Both the position numbers and the translations under genes were made by a program. From the NCBI GenBank assembly GCA_963662285.2, contig CAXXMV010000008.1, forward strand, positions 192,001-256,000: a DNA stretch of 64,000 bases, read 5' to 3'. Under the pieces are notes generated by a model that saw only the letters and a list, made by a program, of their open reading frames with translations, was not told where the DNA came from and did no database searches. The DNA is from a bacterium (lineage in GTDB: Bacteria > Hinthialibacterota > Hinthialibacteria > Hinthialibacterales > Hinthialibacteraceae). Shown one piece after another: positions 1 through 10,407 of the stretch (positions within the stretch are counted from its first letter, which is position 1; the number at the start of each line of letters is the position of its first letter).

Positions 1-1448
1 CCGGGACCAGAAAAACCGAAGGGATCACCATAATCCCAGGCTTCATAATAAGGGCTTCTTGTGGTGGTATCGAAGCGCCAATTTTCAGGGCGTTCATTTT
101 GATCGCTTACACTTTCTCCAGAAACACCTATGAAAACACCGTTTAACCACACTGCAGTCGCATCGTCACCTGCAATTTTTACAATAAGTTCTGTAATTGC
201 GTTATAATTTTGAACATCAAAAATAGAACGTGTATAAATGGTTAAACTAGATTCATCCACTTTAATATCTAATTTTCCATTTTCGCCGTTTGATCCATAT
301 CCGATAGGAAAACCAAGGTCAGTATTGTGGTTCCATTGACTCTCGTCAAAGTTACGTTGTTTCCAACCGGGTATTTCTTCACCCCTGCTATCTTTCCTGT
401 AGACTGTTTTCCAAAAAAACTTTGTATCAGGAATCCAAGTTCCTAATTCACCATTTGTGTACATAACTCCATTATTATCGGATAATTCGACGGAACCTGC
501 CAAATCGTCGCTCTTGAGATTTTCGTTATATATACCTGTTGCAAGTACATTATCTTTCCTATAGAGAGGGACTATGATATCCGCTTTGGTAAACGACAAC
601 ATCCAACTGTAAATATCGGAATCTATCTTGTTATAAACTCTTTCCCATATATCATGGCCTAATTCTGGATAAACAGTAAACTCAACATTTCCTCCTAAGT
701 TCCGAAGATTTATAACAGTTGATTCTCCTTTTGAAAATGGAAGGGTGTAATCACGTTTACCATGAAACGCCCAAATGGGTATGTCAACCAGGTTCTCAAG
801 CGCAGCCGGTGGAGCAAGAGAAAGATCAGAACTAAGAGACCTTACATCGCTCGTTCCACAAATAGGAACAGCGGCGGCGAAAAGTTCGGGATGTACACTG
901 GCGTAACTCCACGTACCGCATCCTCCCATACTATTTCCTGTTAAGTAAATTCGTTTACGATCTACGGCATAATTGGCGAGAACATCATCTAGCACTTGAT
1001 CCAGATATAGTTCAAACCACCATTCGCCTGGAGGGCAATGCGGAGAGACAAGAATGAATGTAAATCCCTCTTCTCCAAAGAGTTCTTTCATCTTTGCCGG
1101 ATCTTCTACAATTCCAGAAGGTTTATCTTTAGAATTTCTTAAGAAAACTATATCATCCGGTCTATTGGGTGCGAATCCATGAAGAGATAATAATAATGGC
1201 CATTTATCTTCTGTTTGGCCGTAGTCTTTCGGCAGATAGAGTAAATAATCATAATGGAATCCCTTGGATTGGACAACTTGTTTACCAGGTTCCTGCGCTT
1301 TGCTTTCAGAAAGAGTTAGAAATAAAAAACTAAACAAAAAAACGATTATCCATGCCCACTTGATTTGAGTGATTTGAAATAAAAAATTAACAAATGATCG
1401 AAAATATTTATTTAGATATTCTGCTGCCGTAAATAAACTCATTCCCAT
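1..1448 (-). CDS. Secreted/membrane-anchored alpha/beta hydrolase (phospholipase/carboxylesterase-like) with extra C-terminal domain; partial, runs off the left edge
   Basis: Manual translation (not in ORF track because the stop lies outside the window): MGMSLF..., hydrophobic segment, YLLYLPKDY..KWPLLLSLHG, RIYLTGNSMGG nucleophile elbow, PIWAFHG, YPELGH; AAGGAG RBS at 1451-1456. Confidence 0.85.
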   Translation of the reverse strand, partial: MGMSLFTAAEYLNKYFRSFVNFLFQITQIKWAWIIVFLFSFLFLTLSESKAQEPGKQVVQSKGFHYDYLLYLPKDYGQTEDKWPLLLSLHGFAPNRPDDIVFLRNSKDKPSGIVEDPAKMKELFGEEGFTFILVSPHCPPGEWWFELYLDQVLDDVLANYAVDRKRIYLTGNSMGGCGTWSYASVHPELFAAAVPICGTSDVRSLSSDLSLAPPAALENLVDIPIWAFHGKRDYTLPFSKGESTVINLRNLGGNVEFTVYPELGHDIWERVYNKIDSDIYSWMLSFTKADIIVPLYRKDNVLATGIYNENLKSDDLAGSVELSDNNGVMYTNGELGTWIPDTKFFWKTVYRKDSRGEEIPGWKQRNFDESQWNHNTDLGFPIGYGSNGENGKLDIKVDESSLTIYTRSIFDVQNYNAITELIVKIAGDDATAVWLNGVFIGVSGESVSDQNERPENWRFDTTTRSPYYEAWDYGDPFGFSGP

Positions 1449-1520
1449 TTCTCCTTGATGGATAATCAAAAAATCGAAATTCATCAAATCAGTTTATCCT
1501 ATAAAAAAAACAATAAAGCA

Positions 1521-1560
1521 TGGGCGCCAAGGGCAAAACCGCATTGCGTCCAGCCCTTGA
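1521..1560. repeat. Repeat family A (GGGCGCCAAGGGC...GCCCTTGA hairpin)
   Basis: CAAGGGC/GCCCTTG inverted repeat; related copies at about 41316-41410 and 48184-48425. Confidence 0.7.
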
Positions 1561-1645
1561 TGCTGTTACTTATAATATAGAGAATTCATCAAGAACTTAC
1601 TTCACCTTTGCCTATGAGTCTGGATAATTTTCTACTTGAAGATGA

Positions 1646-1873
1646 CTAAAGGAGTTTGAGGAATTCTTCGCGTTCCAATCTCAAATCATGCTTCACAATT
1701 TTAAGCAATAATCCCCTGTCCAATTTTTCGCCGGGGTGATTAGGGATAACTGTTGTCCTGCCGTCAGGATGCTCAAAGAAAATATGACTGCCACGCTGAC
1801 GCTTATAGGAAAATCCCAGCCTATAAATAACATCAATAATTTCCTTCGCAGAAAGCTGAGGAAACCTCGACAT
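1646..1873 (-). CDS. hicA: HicA family toxin
   Basis: 75 aa; RQRGSH motif, HPDGRTTVIP, LLLKI tail typical of HicA. Confidence 0.9.
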   Translation of the reverse strand: MSRFPQLSAKEIIDVIYRLGFSYKRQRGSHIFFEHPDGRTTVIPNHPGEKLDRGLLLKIVKHDLRLEREEFLKLL

Positions 1874-1874
1874 C

Positions 1875-2087
1875 CTAAACCTCTACCTCGATTTCCTGCA
1901 AGCCAACAAAACGTGAACGCTCAGAGGGATTCTTACATTCCATGTAGAGTGCAATCGCCTCCTTGGTTCGCCCCATCAACTCATCATACGTCTTGCCTTG
2001 TGAATGGCAGCCGGGAAGCCCAACCACTTCGCTTATGAGATAGCCGTCCAGACCCTCCTCAATAATAACCGTAAAACGCTCAGGCAT
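1875..2087 (-). CDS. hicB: HicB family antitoxin (short, no DNA-binding domain)
   Basis: LPGCHSQGKTYDELMGRTKEAIALY; start moved to MPERF (GGAGG RBS at about 2094-2098). Confidence 0.9.
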   Translation of the reverse strand: MPERFTVIIEEGLDGYLISEVVGLPGCHSQGKTYDELMGRTKEAIALYMECKNPSERSRFVGLQEIEVEV

Positions 2088-2164
2088 AATAAACCTCCAC
2101 TCAATTCTTACATGATAGTATACCACCAACCATATATATAATGATTAGTTAAGTTTTTAGCGAA

Positions 2165-2197
2165 GCAGGATGGGACAAAGCGAAAGCGTGTCCCATC
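2165..2197. repeat. GTAG-type REP-like palindrome
   Basis: GCAGGATGGGACA...TGTCCCATC; similar layout at 60869 and 62447. Confidence 0.55.
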
Positions 2198-2300
2198 GGT
2201 TTTTCTATTCACCCACGAATCATTGAACAATGTTATAACTCGCGCCCCCTCGCCCTATCCGATGGGAGAGGGGGCGCTTGGTTCACAAGTTAATCTCTTA

Positions 2301-3695
2301 TCAAACGCCTGGATGCTGCCAAGGCTTACGATATGGGCGGCTTAGTAGTTTTGTGGCTTGCTCGTCTCCAACAACTACGCGCTGCTTGGGATCGTAAATC
2401 AGCGGACGGCCTCCCAGTTTCATGGATAGATTGGCCAGAATGCAGCTGGCGGTTGATATGTGGCCTTCTTCGATATCGGCGACAGGTTTGCTGCGCTTTT
2501 CAATCGCTTTCAGGAAGTCCAGCATGTGCAATCGCGTGGCTGGAGCGGCATTTAGTTCGATGCGTTTCTCGTTCACATCTTCAGGATATTTCTCGCGCTC
2601 GTATATGCAATCGAAATGGATAGGCTTGGCATTACCGCCTTGTGGAATAAAATCGGCGCGCATAGTGCTCGCTTTCAGGGTTCCCTTGTCGCCGTAAATG
2701 AATATGGCCCAGGGGTAGTCGGGATCAGGAGGCGTCCCCCAGGTGCGATGCTGCCAAAGGGCGTTAAATTTGTCATATTCAAAAGTAGCAATTTGGGTAT
2801 CAGCGATGTTCGATTTGCCATCCTTCTGCACCAGGATTCCGCCAGTCGAAGTAATACGGTTGGGCCACCCCAGGTCAAGCATCCAGCGGGCGGTGTCGAG
2901 CATGTGGACGCACATGTCACCCATAATGCCGTTGCCGTATTCCATGAATGTCCGCCACCAACGCGTGTGCGGCAGCCCGTCGTAAGGACGTAAAGGCGCC
3001 GGACCAGTCCACATCTCATAGTCGAGGAAATCGGGAACCGGCTGGACCTCCGGATTGCCATTGGCTCGCATGTGGAAATAGCAGCATAGTTCGACATGAG
3101 CAATGTTTCCCAACATGCCCGATTCAACAATCTCTTTCTTGGCATTAATCAGATGCGGAGTGCTTTTGCGTTGGGTGCCCACCTGCACCACCCGGTTATA
3201 TTTGCGGGCGGCGTCAACCATCGCTTCACCTTCACGCACATCAACACTGATAGGCTTTTGACAATACACATCCGCGCCGGATTTTACTGATTCAATCATT
3301 TGTAATGCATGCCAATGATCCGGCGATCCAATCAGCACGATGTCGAGGTCTTTCTCTTGCAACATCTCGCGGTAATCGTTATAGGTGCGCGGCGTTTTAT
3401 GGCCCTTTAATCTTTGGCCATGAATTTCAACAGCCTCAGCTAGCATATTTTTATCCGGGTCGCAAATCGAAACCACTTCAACCGGCGTCACCTGAATGAG
3501 CCTCCAGAGATCGCTCTTGCCATACCAACCGGCGCCAATCAATCCCACCCGCTTAGGCTTATCGCCAGCAAAGGCTAACGCGCTTGCATTTAGTGAAGAA
3601 AGCGCCAGCGATGCGGCGCCAGCCTGAAGGAAACTACGGCGGTTAATATTGGATGACCCGGTTCGCGGATGCTCTGATTTTATATCCATGTTCAT
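2301..3695 (-). CDS. Tat-exported Gfo/Idh/MocA family oxidoreductase
   Basis: NRRSFL Tat motif, GLIGAGWYG Rossmann fold, PDHWH, YCQKP, GTQRKS. Confidence 0.9.
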   Translation of the reverse strand: MNMDIKSEHPRTGSSNINRRSFLQAGAASLALSSLNASALAFAGDKPKRVGLIGAGWYGKSDLWRLIQVTPVEVVSICDPDKNMLAEAVEIHGQRLKGHKTPRTYNDYREMLQEKDLDIVLIGSPDHWHALQMIESVKSGADVYCQKPISVDVREGEAMVDAARKYNRVVQVGTQRKSTPHLINAKKEIVESGMLGNIAHVELCCYFHMRANGNPEVQPVPDFLDYEMWTGPAPLRPYDGLPHTRWWRTFMEYGNGIMGDMCVHMLDTARWMLDLGWPNRITSTGGILVQKDGKSNIADTQIATFEYDKFNALWQHRTWGTPPDPDYPWAIFIYGDKGTLKASTMRADFIPQGGNAKPIHFDCIYEREKYPEDVNEKRIELNAAPATRLHMLDFLKAIEKRSKPVADIEEGHISTASCILANLSMKLGGRPLIYDPKQRVVVGDEQATKLLSRPYRKPWQHPGV

Positions 3696-4007
3696 GAAAT
3701 TCTCCTCGTTATATGGTCAGTTTAATAAATAACAGGAAATACATTTTCCCGGCTGATGTGATTATTCCACATGAATACAGGCAGTACAAGAGACGCTCAT
3801 TTAGGTATCCATCAAGTAATTATCCTAATAAGCGCTCCCTTAGTTTGGCTAGTATATCAATCCGTTCATGCAAAACGGCGATAATAATGGGATTTTAACC
3901 TTTGGTATGAAGGAAGGCATATTCAAGACTCATTGTTTGTCAGGACTTCCTGCTAAAAACGGCAGTTAGATTATATTTATAAAGCCAATTGGAATATTTA
4001 AGGTTTT

Positions 4008-4160
4008 AGAAAACAACTCCCTCTTGTGATTCTCCCCCAGGCTTGGGGGAGAGGGATTTTGGGAATATAACCAGTTATATTGTATTGACTTAGTCATACA
4101 AAATACTGTGGTTTAACATTCCTCTCCCAAGATTGGGAAAGGTTAGGAGAGGGTTGATAG
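4008..4160. mobile_element. Repeat family C, about 150-bp MITE/REPIN-like element with two CTCTCCC..GGGAGAG hairpins
   Basis: Reverse-complement similarity along its length to 19421-19575 and 55354-55500. Confidence 0.75.
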
Positions 4161-4280
4161 CGACCACTCGTGTAAAGGGATAACCAGCAAAACGAGATTG
4201 ACCTTTCAGGTGAAACGAAACAATATAGCATTATCATTTATCTTATTGATAACAAATGATTTATATATACCTTTCCTGAA

Positions 4281-5468
4281 TTAACCGCCGTTTTTAGGAT
4301 CAAAAGGATGGAGCGCTTCTTTCAGCGGCAGCCCTACAACTTCGATACGGCTTAGATCGTTGGTTCCCATACCTTTGGAAGCCAGGAAGCGTAGGTGGTT
4401 TTCTCCTGGAAACGGATGTTCCATGTGGTTCGCCATTGGATCGAAACCCATGACGGCGGTTCCCACGGCATCGGCGCAGACGCCGTTTCTTCCAGCCAGC
4501 AGAACCTTCGGTTCCTGGAGTTTGACTCCCTGGTTCCAGTAGCCCTCACCGCCGCTGATGGTTCGGATGCCGTCGATGATGGTCAGATCAACGGGACGGG
4601 CGCCATAAATATCGGACACAATGCGGGGGATGCGGTATTTCCAATGTTTTTCCAGACCGTGGTCGAGTTCCTGAGGGACTCCGGCGGGAGGCTTGGTTCT
4701 GCCATTGTGGAACATATTGGTTCTATGCGTAAGAGCGTTTTCGCCGGGAGCATCGTTGCCATATAACGAACAGGGCGTGTTGCCGAACATGTTTTTGATG
4801 GTCATGGTGACGCCTGCGCAGGCGTGTTGCTTCAATTTGGAAAGCGATACGAGGACGTCGGTTTTCTCAAAGCGCTGGTTCAGGTCGAAAGCGGGATAGA
4901 TGAAGCCGCCCCAGGGCACTTTGAACCTGCTGTAACCGGGAAACTTTCCTTTGTTGCGCATGTCTTCGAAAGTCACCTTGTGGCCGCCCGCTGATTGAAT
5001 CGCCGCAACGTCCCAACCTTCTTTAATCAATATGTCCTCGAAGGGATCTTCCCAGTAGAGATTTTCGATAATCACGATACGCTTGGCGCCTGCGTCGTTC
5101 AGGATAGCGCACAATGCCCCCACCGTGTGAGGATGGGTTTGATAGGATTCATAAGCGGGCATACCTGCGAAAGGTTTCCACTGCATTCCAGTGAGGTTAA
5201 CCTTTATGGTAACGGTCTTATTGCGCACCAGTTTGTCAACTCCACCGATCAAGTCTAACGCAGCCTCAATTTTGCTCCTCACCAGTTTAGGTTCAAACGA
5301 CTCACAACGCTGGATGGCTACCGGAGTACTAGGCGCCTTATCCGAAAGATCAACTTCCGCTCCTGCGCTTTTAGCGCCATAGGCGCCCTGTAATCCGCTA
5401 CCCGTCAGTAATCCCGTAGCCCCCAGACTACAACCTAAGAATTTACGTCTATTCAAATGATTCGACAT
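4281..5468 (-). CDS. Tat-exported DUF362 domain protein
   Basis: NRRKFL; KVNLT, THP, KLKQH..AGVTMTIKNMFG, IIDGI, DAV...MGFDP motifs. Confidence 0.85.
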   Translation of the reverse strand: MSNHLNRRKFLGCSLGATGLLTGSGLQGAYGAKSAGAEVDLSDKAPSTPVAIQRCESFEPKLVRSKIEAALDLIGGVDKLVRNKTVTIKVNLTGMQWKPFAGMPAYESYQTHPHTVGALCAILNDAGAKRIVIIENLYWEDPFEDILIKEGWDVAAIQSAGGHKVTFEDMRNKGKFPGYSRFKVPWGGFIYPAFDLNQRFEKTDVLVSLSKLKQHACAGVTMTIKNMFGNTPCSLYGNDAPGENALTHRTNMFHNGRTKPPAGVPQELDHGLEKHWKYRIPRIVSDIYGARPVDLTIIDGIRTISGGEGYWNQGVKLQEPKVLLAGRNGVCADAVGTAVMGFDPMANHMEHPFPGENHLRFLASKGMGTNDLSRIEVVGLPLKEALHPFDPKNGG

Positions 5469-5646
5469 AGTTTTTGTTTTCCTTCGATTTATATTGATAA
5501 TCCATTATGCTTGCTCGTTAATATTAAATCCTATCGTCAAAGTTCAACCAAGTGGATGGCGGAGCGCCCTATTTTAATTAAAAAAAACAGGTAAATAAGA
5601 TTCATCCCGCAAGTGAGTACTTATTGATTTAAGCAGAATCAAAAAA

Positions 5647-5735
5647 TGTCTGAATCATGATGCCCAGGATGAAAAGGATGCTCATGATGAAAAATCCTGA
5701 GTATCCTGCTAATCCGGGGTATCCAGATTCAGACA
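5647..5735. mobile_element. Repeat family B, short (89 bp) copy with TGTCTGAATC...GATTCAGACA terminal inverted repeats
   Basis: Same ends and subterminal AGGAT/ATCCT repeats as 17870-18021 and 53774-53925, with the middle absent. Confidence 0.75.
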
Positions 5736-5965
5736 AAAAAATAGACTCAAATTTTTTTAAAAGTACAAAATTCGAATTGAATCGTAAATAATATTGAATA
5801 CTATCAACGTAATTACGTTATTATAGTAGATAAAACACCATGTTGGATTGAGAGGATAATCATGAAAACCAAAACAAAATTTCTTTACAATACTAAATTC
5901 CTTATTTGCGAAATTCTGTTCTTTTGCTTTTTAGCGTTTATTTATTACTTTTTCGGGTAGATAAA

Positions 5966-6433
5966 TCAACAGGCAACCTGGGCAGCCTTTTTAGAAATAT
6001 GAAGTTCACCACATGTTGTTTTAACTTCGGTTTTATATGTTGATAAAGAGAAACCAAGAGTTACGGCCTGGTTTAAGTATTGATTCAAACTCACACCTTG
6101 TTTCTCAGCAGCCTCAACCAATGATTGATGCATTTCCGGTGTGGTTCTAAATAGAATTTTTCCATTATAATTGGTTTCCAGCGTAGTTTCTTCAACTGGT
6201 TCTGGTATAACCAAGCCCTTTTCAAGCCAGAATTCAAACAAACTTTTCCTGGCTTCCCCTAATTCCAAAAGCGCTTCCTCTTGCGTGTCTCCAACCGCGA
6301 CGCATGAAGACTTGCCAAGAGTGGGATTGTAGGCTTCAAATCCCCCGCCCTCTTCAATCGGTATAGGCTCAATGATTGTTTTATAATTCAAAGACAAAAA
6401 ATACTCTAAATCCTTTTTTCGTTGCTTAGCCAT
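5966..6433 (-). CDS. hicB: HicB family antitoxin with C-terminal ribbon-helix-helix
   Basis: GDTQEEAL..L.EA, IPEP, YNGKILFRTTPEMH..L...AEKQGVSLNQY. Confidence 0.9.
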   Translation of the reverse strand: MAKQRKKDLEYFLSLNYKTIIEPIPIEEGGGFEAYNPTLGKSSCVAVGDTQEEALLELGEARKSLFEFWLEKGLVIPEPVEETTLETNYNGKILFRTTPEMHQSLVEAAEKQGVSLNQYLNQAVTLGFSLSTYKTEVKTTCGELHISKKAAQVAC

Positions 6434-6728
6434 TTTCCTTCACCTGCAAATATTTAATGAACTCTAGAACAGTCTTATAGTATCTCTTCTTAACCTTGTT
6501 TTTGTGAACGGGTATTGAATACGTGTTGTTTCTTATATCCAAACCAGATATAGATTCTTCATGTTGGAAATTATCCCATTCAGGATGATATATTTTATAA
6601 TGAGAACCACTCGCTGGATTAGCTAATTTCAGACCGCTTTCTTCAACAATCGATTTAAAACTGCTAAAAGGAACTTCATTTGGAGAATTATTCAGCCACT
6701 TTTCCAGTCTCTTTTCACGCTTATTCAT
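6426..6728 (-). CDS. hicA: HicA-like toxin
   Basis: GSHYKIYHP, IPVH..KVK..Y; overlaps the downstream hicB. Confidence 0.75.
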   Translation of the reverse strand: MNKREKRLEKWLNNSPNEVPFSSFKSIVEESGLKLANPASGSHYKIYHPEWDNFQHEESISGLDIRNNTYSIPVHKNKVKKRYYKTVLEFIKYLQVKENG

Positions 6729-6748
6729 GAGCGTAATTCCTATATTAC

Positions 6749-6803
6749 TTAATAGTATCTGTAAGCGCTCATACTATTAAACTTGATATCGTATATGATA
6801 TCA
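6749..6803. promoter_or_regulatory. Probable hicAB operator palindromes
   Basis: TTAATAGTAT-N12-ATACTATTAA and TGATATC-N6-GATATCA directly upstream of hicA. Confidence 0.55.
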
Positions 6804-6895
6804 CCAATAAACGTAGTGTGTATACAAATTTTTCCATTTTTTTAATTTCTTTAACCATTCTCCTATAATAGGAAGAGATAATACCATTGTTGACG

Positions 6896-8065
6896 TCAAT
6901 CCATCACATCAAGATCAGTCAAAGAATAGGCGTCATAGGCTTCTTGAACCATTCCCTGTTTTACGTCTCCACGATGAATCCATACGCGGTATTGCAATTC
7001 AAGACTCTCACCCGGTTCAATGGTATATGATCCGGTTCCGGGCCAGGCTACGCCGTTTATGCCGTAATAGCGGATAGTCCATCCCGGTGGATAATCGTGA
7101 TGATCCTCTGGAATGAAGATGGCGCTGCCGGACATCTTATCGGCGCCATGCCATATACCTGAATAATCAGCCCAGGGCATCCGCATCATGTTGCTGTCTT
7201 TGGTGTGATAACCGCTATCGCTGGTGATGGTTTTGCGGTCGCCCGCCGGGACGCGGAAATAGAGGCCGCCATAGCCTTTGCTATAATGCGTTTCACCTTG
7301 CAGAATAATTGGCTGGTTGAGCGCGGTTATTTTCAAGGTTACATCTATGGCCCTCCCGGTCTCATCAGCCTTAAAAACGACTAGTTCAACATCTTCCTGC
7401 GCGACGCGGGCATCTCCCGTATACCAGCCGTTTTGAGAAGCGATAATGGCGCATACCGGTCCGGTTTCTTTATATAACCACTTTTCAAATCTAGGTTTAA
7501 CTCCATTCAAAGCCCACAGATCAACATGCTTGCCGCCTATCATAATATTAGGCCAACTCCAGAATAATCCGCGATGATGGTAATGATCAGCAGGAAAATC
7601 ATCAGTCAGGATTTCTCCATCAAGCCCCCATATCGGATGGACATAACAAGAGCGGTATAGCGATTCAGGAACTCCTGCACGGGTCATCAGGCCAAAGTTA
7701 TAACATAGCACTGGTTTATCGTTTTCGGTCAGATAGAGGTGTTCCTGCTGTTTTTCCTCTATTTGAAACAGTGGTTCGTGGTTTGGCTTAGACCTTTTAT
7801 TAACAGATATCTTTAGAACCGCAGATTGTGGTATGGCATTTTGAGGAATGATAAAGTAAATCTTTTCAGGATTATGGAGCGACCGTTGCAAGGGTATTGA
7901 TAAGTCGTTGTCGTTATTCTTAAGTACTAATTCATCCCCGCTCAAAGATGATTGTTGAAGATGCCAAATAATCGGTATAGAAACGCCATTATGGGCTGGA
8001 CCATTGATCTGTACGATAGGGTTGGCGGCGCAAATAGTTAATAGAATAGCTATAAGTGATGTCAT
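6896..8065 (-). CDS. Secreted PmoA-like/DUF6807 family protein
   Basis: YVHPIWGLDGEILTDDFPADHYHHRGLFWSW, KGYGGL, WADYSG motifs; signal peptide. Confidence 0.8.
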   Translation of the reverse strand: MTSLIAILLTICAANPIVQINGPAHNGVSIPIIWHLQQSSLSGDELVLKNNDNDLSIPLQRSLHNPEKIYFIIPQNAIPQSAVLKISVNKRSKPNHEPLFQIEEKQQEHLYLTENDKPVLCYNFGLMTRAGVPESLYRSCYVHPIWGLDGEILTDDFPADHYHHRGLFWSWPNIMIGGKHVDLWALNGVKPRFEKWLYKETGPVCAIIASQNGWYTGDARVAQEDVELVVFKADETGRAIDVTLKITALNQPIILQGETHYSKGYGGLYFRVPAGDRKTITSDSGYHTKDSNMMRMPWADYSGIWHGADKMSGSAIFIPEDHHDYPPGWTIRYYGINGVAWPGTGSYTIEPGESLELQYRVWIHRGDVKQGMVQEAYDAYSLTDLDVMD

Positions 8066-8297
8066 TAGAACTCATCCTTAAATAGGTTAAAACGTGGTTG
8101 GTAAGGTAAAATTTATCAATCCTCACCGGGCCTCTCCCATTCCTGGAAGAGGTATATAAAGATACTAACATATTTCGGCGGCCTGCTATAGTTTTAATAT
8201 AAATGCACTCTAAATTTCATGAAAACTATTGAATATTCTTATAATCCAACCATAATTCAATTATCAACAGGTACATATTCTTCAAGGAGATAACTCA

Positions 8298-9563
8298 GTG
8301 TCAAAAGATACTCAAATTACACGGCCAGACCTGCAATATCCAAAGATACGCCACATAGAAGCCTTCCCTATCAAGGATACGTTGGAAGAAGGAGTAGGTC
8401 TGCGCGATCCACGGCAAATAGCCAAGAATATGCTGGTGGTGCCGCCGCCGGTATTTTTCATTATCTCTATGTTCGACGGCAATCACTCTCTTCACGATAT
8501 TCAACAGTCAATTATCCGACAATACAATCAAACAATCCCCTTGGATAAAATAGAGGAGATTGTTCTGCAACTGGATAAAGAACTTTATCTTGAGTCGGGA
8601 ACATTCGAGAAAGCATTGCAGGAAACGCTGGATGCTTTTCGTAATGCGCCATACCGTGAACCGGCTCATGCCGGAACTGCGTATTCCGGAGAAAAGGATC
8701 AAATAAAACAACAACTAAACGGTTTACTGAGTTCTATTGAGAATGCTATTCCTGAAGACGATCACTGTCAGAATAACGGCGTTTCGCTGTTGATCGCTCC
8801 TCATATCGATCTGAACCGGGGTGGGAAATGCTTTGCTTATGCATATCGGGAATTGGCTCAACATTCTCCAGCCGACCTTTATATAATTCTAGGAACCGGG
8901 CATCAAAGCAATAAAAGCCTAATGTCGTTGACCAGAAAATCCTATTCAAGCCCCATTGGATTGATAGAAACAGATCAGCATTTTATTGATAAAATCAGTC
9001 AGGAAGCGCCTATCGACCTATTTGAAGAAGAATTCCTGCACCGCGATGAACACTCAGTAGAATTTCAGACTTTATGGCTGCGGCATATTCTACCGGAAGA
9101 ATGGAACGGCAAAGCTGTACCAATATTATGCGGGTCGTTTCACTCCTATATAATGAACGGCGACTCGCCGCGAGAGGATCAAAAGTTAGCCCGGCTTCTA
9201 GATAAATTACGCGCCGAAATCCATCAATACCCCGGCAAAGTAACTGTAATTGCAGGAGTTGACCTGAGCCATGTTGGTAGAAAATTCGGCCATGAGAAGG
9301 GGATACCGCCTGATGAACTGGAACGGGTAGAAAAAGAAGACCGTGAAGTTCTCGATGCTATCCTCGAAGGAGATGCGGAAAACTTTTACCGGGTGATAGA
9401 ACAAAAGAAAGACCGCAACAATGTATGCGGTCTTTCTCCGATATATATGGCTTTAGATATAATTCGCCCGTCTTGCGGTCGACTGCTAAACTATGATCGC
9501 GCCATCGAGGAAGACACGCAATCAGTTGTAACCTATGCCAGTCTGGTGTTCTATGAGGACTAG
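8298..9563 (+). CDS. amrB: AmmeMemoRadiSam system protein B (MEMO1 family) with N-terminal extension
   Basis: REPAHAGTAY, IAPHID, LGTGH, EHSVEFQ, DLSHVG, NVCG. Confidence 0.85.
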   Translation: MSKDTQITRPDLQYPKIRHIEAFPIKDTLEEGVGLRDPRQIAKNMLVVPPPVFFIISMFDGNHSLHDIQQSIIRQYNQTIPLDKIEEIVLQLDKELYLESGTFEKALQETLDAFRNAPYREPAHAGTAYSGEKDQIKQQLNGLLSSIENAIPEDDHCQNNGVSLLIAPHIDLNRGGKCFAYAYRELAQHSPADLYIILGTGHQSNKSLMSLTRKSYSSPIGLIETDQHFIDKISQEAPIDLFEEEFLHRDEHSVEFQTLWLRHILPEEWNGKAVPILCGSFHSYIMNGDSPREDQKLARLLDKLRAEIHQYPGKVTVIAGVDLSHVGRKFGHEKGIPPDELERVEKEDREVLDAILEGDAENFYRVIEQKKDRNNVCGLSPIYMALDIIRPSCGRLLNYDRAIEEDTQSVVTYASLVFYED

Positions 9564-9570
9564 TTTTCTC

Positions 9571-10050
9571 TTAAGCAGCTTGATGCACAGCTTCAAGAGT
9601 GTCGTCAATCATTTTTTTGAAGTCATAGACCATAACTCCAAAATATTTCTGTCCAGGAGAACGTACTAGAGAGATAGCTTCTTCCCCATTGACTAGTGCA
9701 AACATGTCTTGACCATCAGTCACAAAATAGAGTTCGTGTTCCAAGGGTTTATCGATATAGCGAGGCATGTTCTTACGCAAATAAGCGATTCCCTTGCGTA
9801 CTTTCTGCATACTTAACCCTTGTTTGCGCAACTGAAGGAACCATCTCAACATAACCAGATCAGACAACGAATACAGTTTATGCTTACCGCATCCCTGCGC
9901 CGGGCGTATGCTCGCTTTTATCAAGCCGGTTTTCTCGTAATAGTGCAAACGAACCGGATCAATCTTAATATCGTCCAAACGGCTAACGAGATCAATTACA
10001 TCACCCGATTGAAAAGCAGATTTAATTGATCGTATTTTACTTATTGTCAT
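9571..10050 (-). CDS. MerR family regulator, Rv1830/McdR-like
   Basis: RLHYYEKTGLIKASIRPAQGCGKHKLYS..DLVML; C-terminal VTDG...EEAISL...GQ..FGV. Confidence 0.75.
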   Translation of the reverse strand: MTISKIRSIKSAFQSGDVIDLVSRLDDIKIDPVRLHYYEKTGLIKASIRPAQGCGKHKLYSLSDLVMLRWFLQLRKQGLSMQKVRKGIAYLRKNMPRYIDKPLEHELYFVTDGQDMFALVNGEEAISLVRSPGQKYFGVMVYDFKKMIDDTLEAVHQAA

Positions 10051-10194
10051 GGTTCCCCTCGTTTTTTTAAGCCGGATTGTCTAGCACCCTCCCCGCCTTG
10101 CGGGAAACCCCAGGGGGTTACGTTTCATGAAATCTTATTTGCATAGGTTACATCATAGCACAGTTTATACCTCAAGATAAAGAGAAAAAAAACA

Positions 10195-10220
10195 GCATCT
10201 TCAGATTTATCTGAAGATGC
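10195..10220 (-). terminator. Probable intrinsic terminator downstream of the histone-like gene
   Basis: GCATCTTCAGA/TCTGAAGATGC stem with an A-run at 10185-10192 (U-tract on the minus strand). Confidence 0.5.
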
Positions 10221-10407
10221 CCTCAAAAACCCTACATATCCCATTGGGAAATAAAAAACAAATTTCTTGATGCACCACGAACTTCGAAGATTCATAGTCC
10301 ATAGCTAAAGCATGCTTCTAATATATCCATGCTGCCTTAGCAACTTTACTCCACATCATTATCTCTCTAGATAAGACATTAAAACATGAATACTAGTCCC
10401 CGAATCG

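Noticed and set aside
2333-5382. Many short ORFs overlapping the Gfo/Idh/MocA and DUF362 genes (and similar ones across the window)
   Set aside because: Antisense or alternative-frame shadows of well-supported CDSs with no recognisable motifs
10055-10125. Leader as a known riboswitch (preQ1, glutamine, fluoride)
   Set aside because: Consensus nucleotides of these classes were not found; kept only as an unexplained structure
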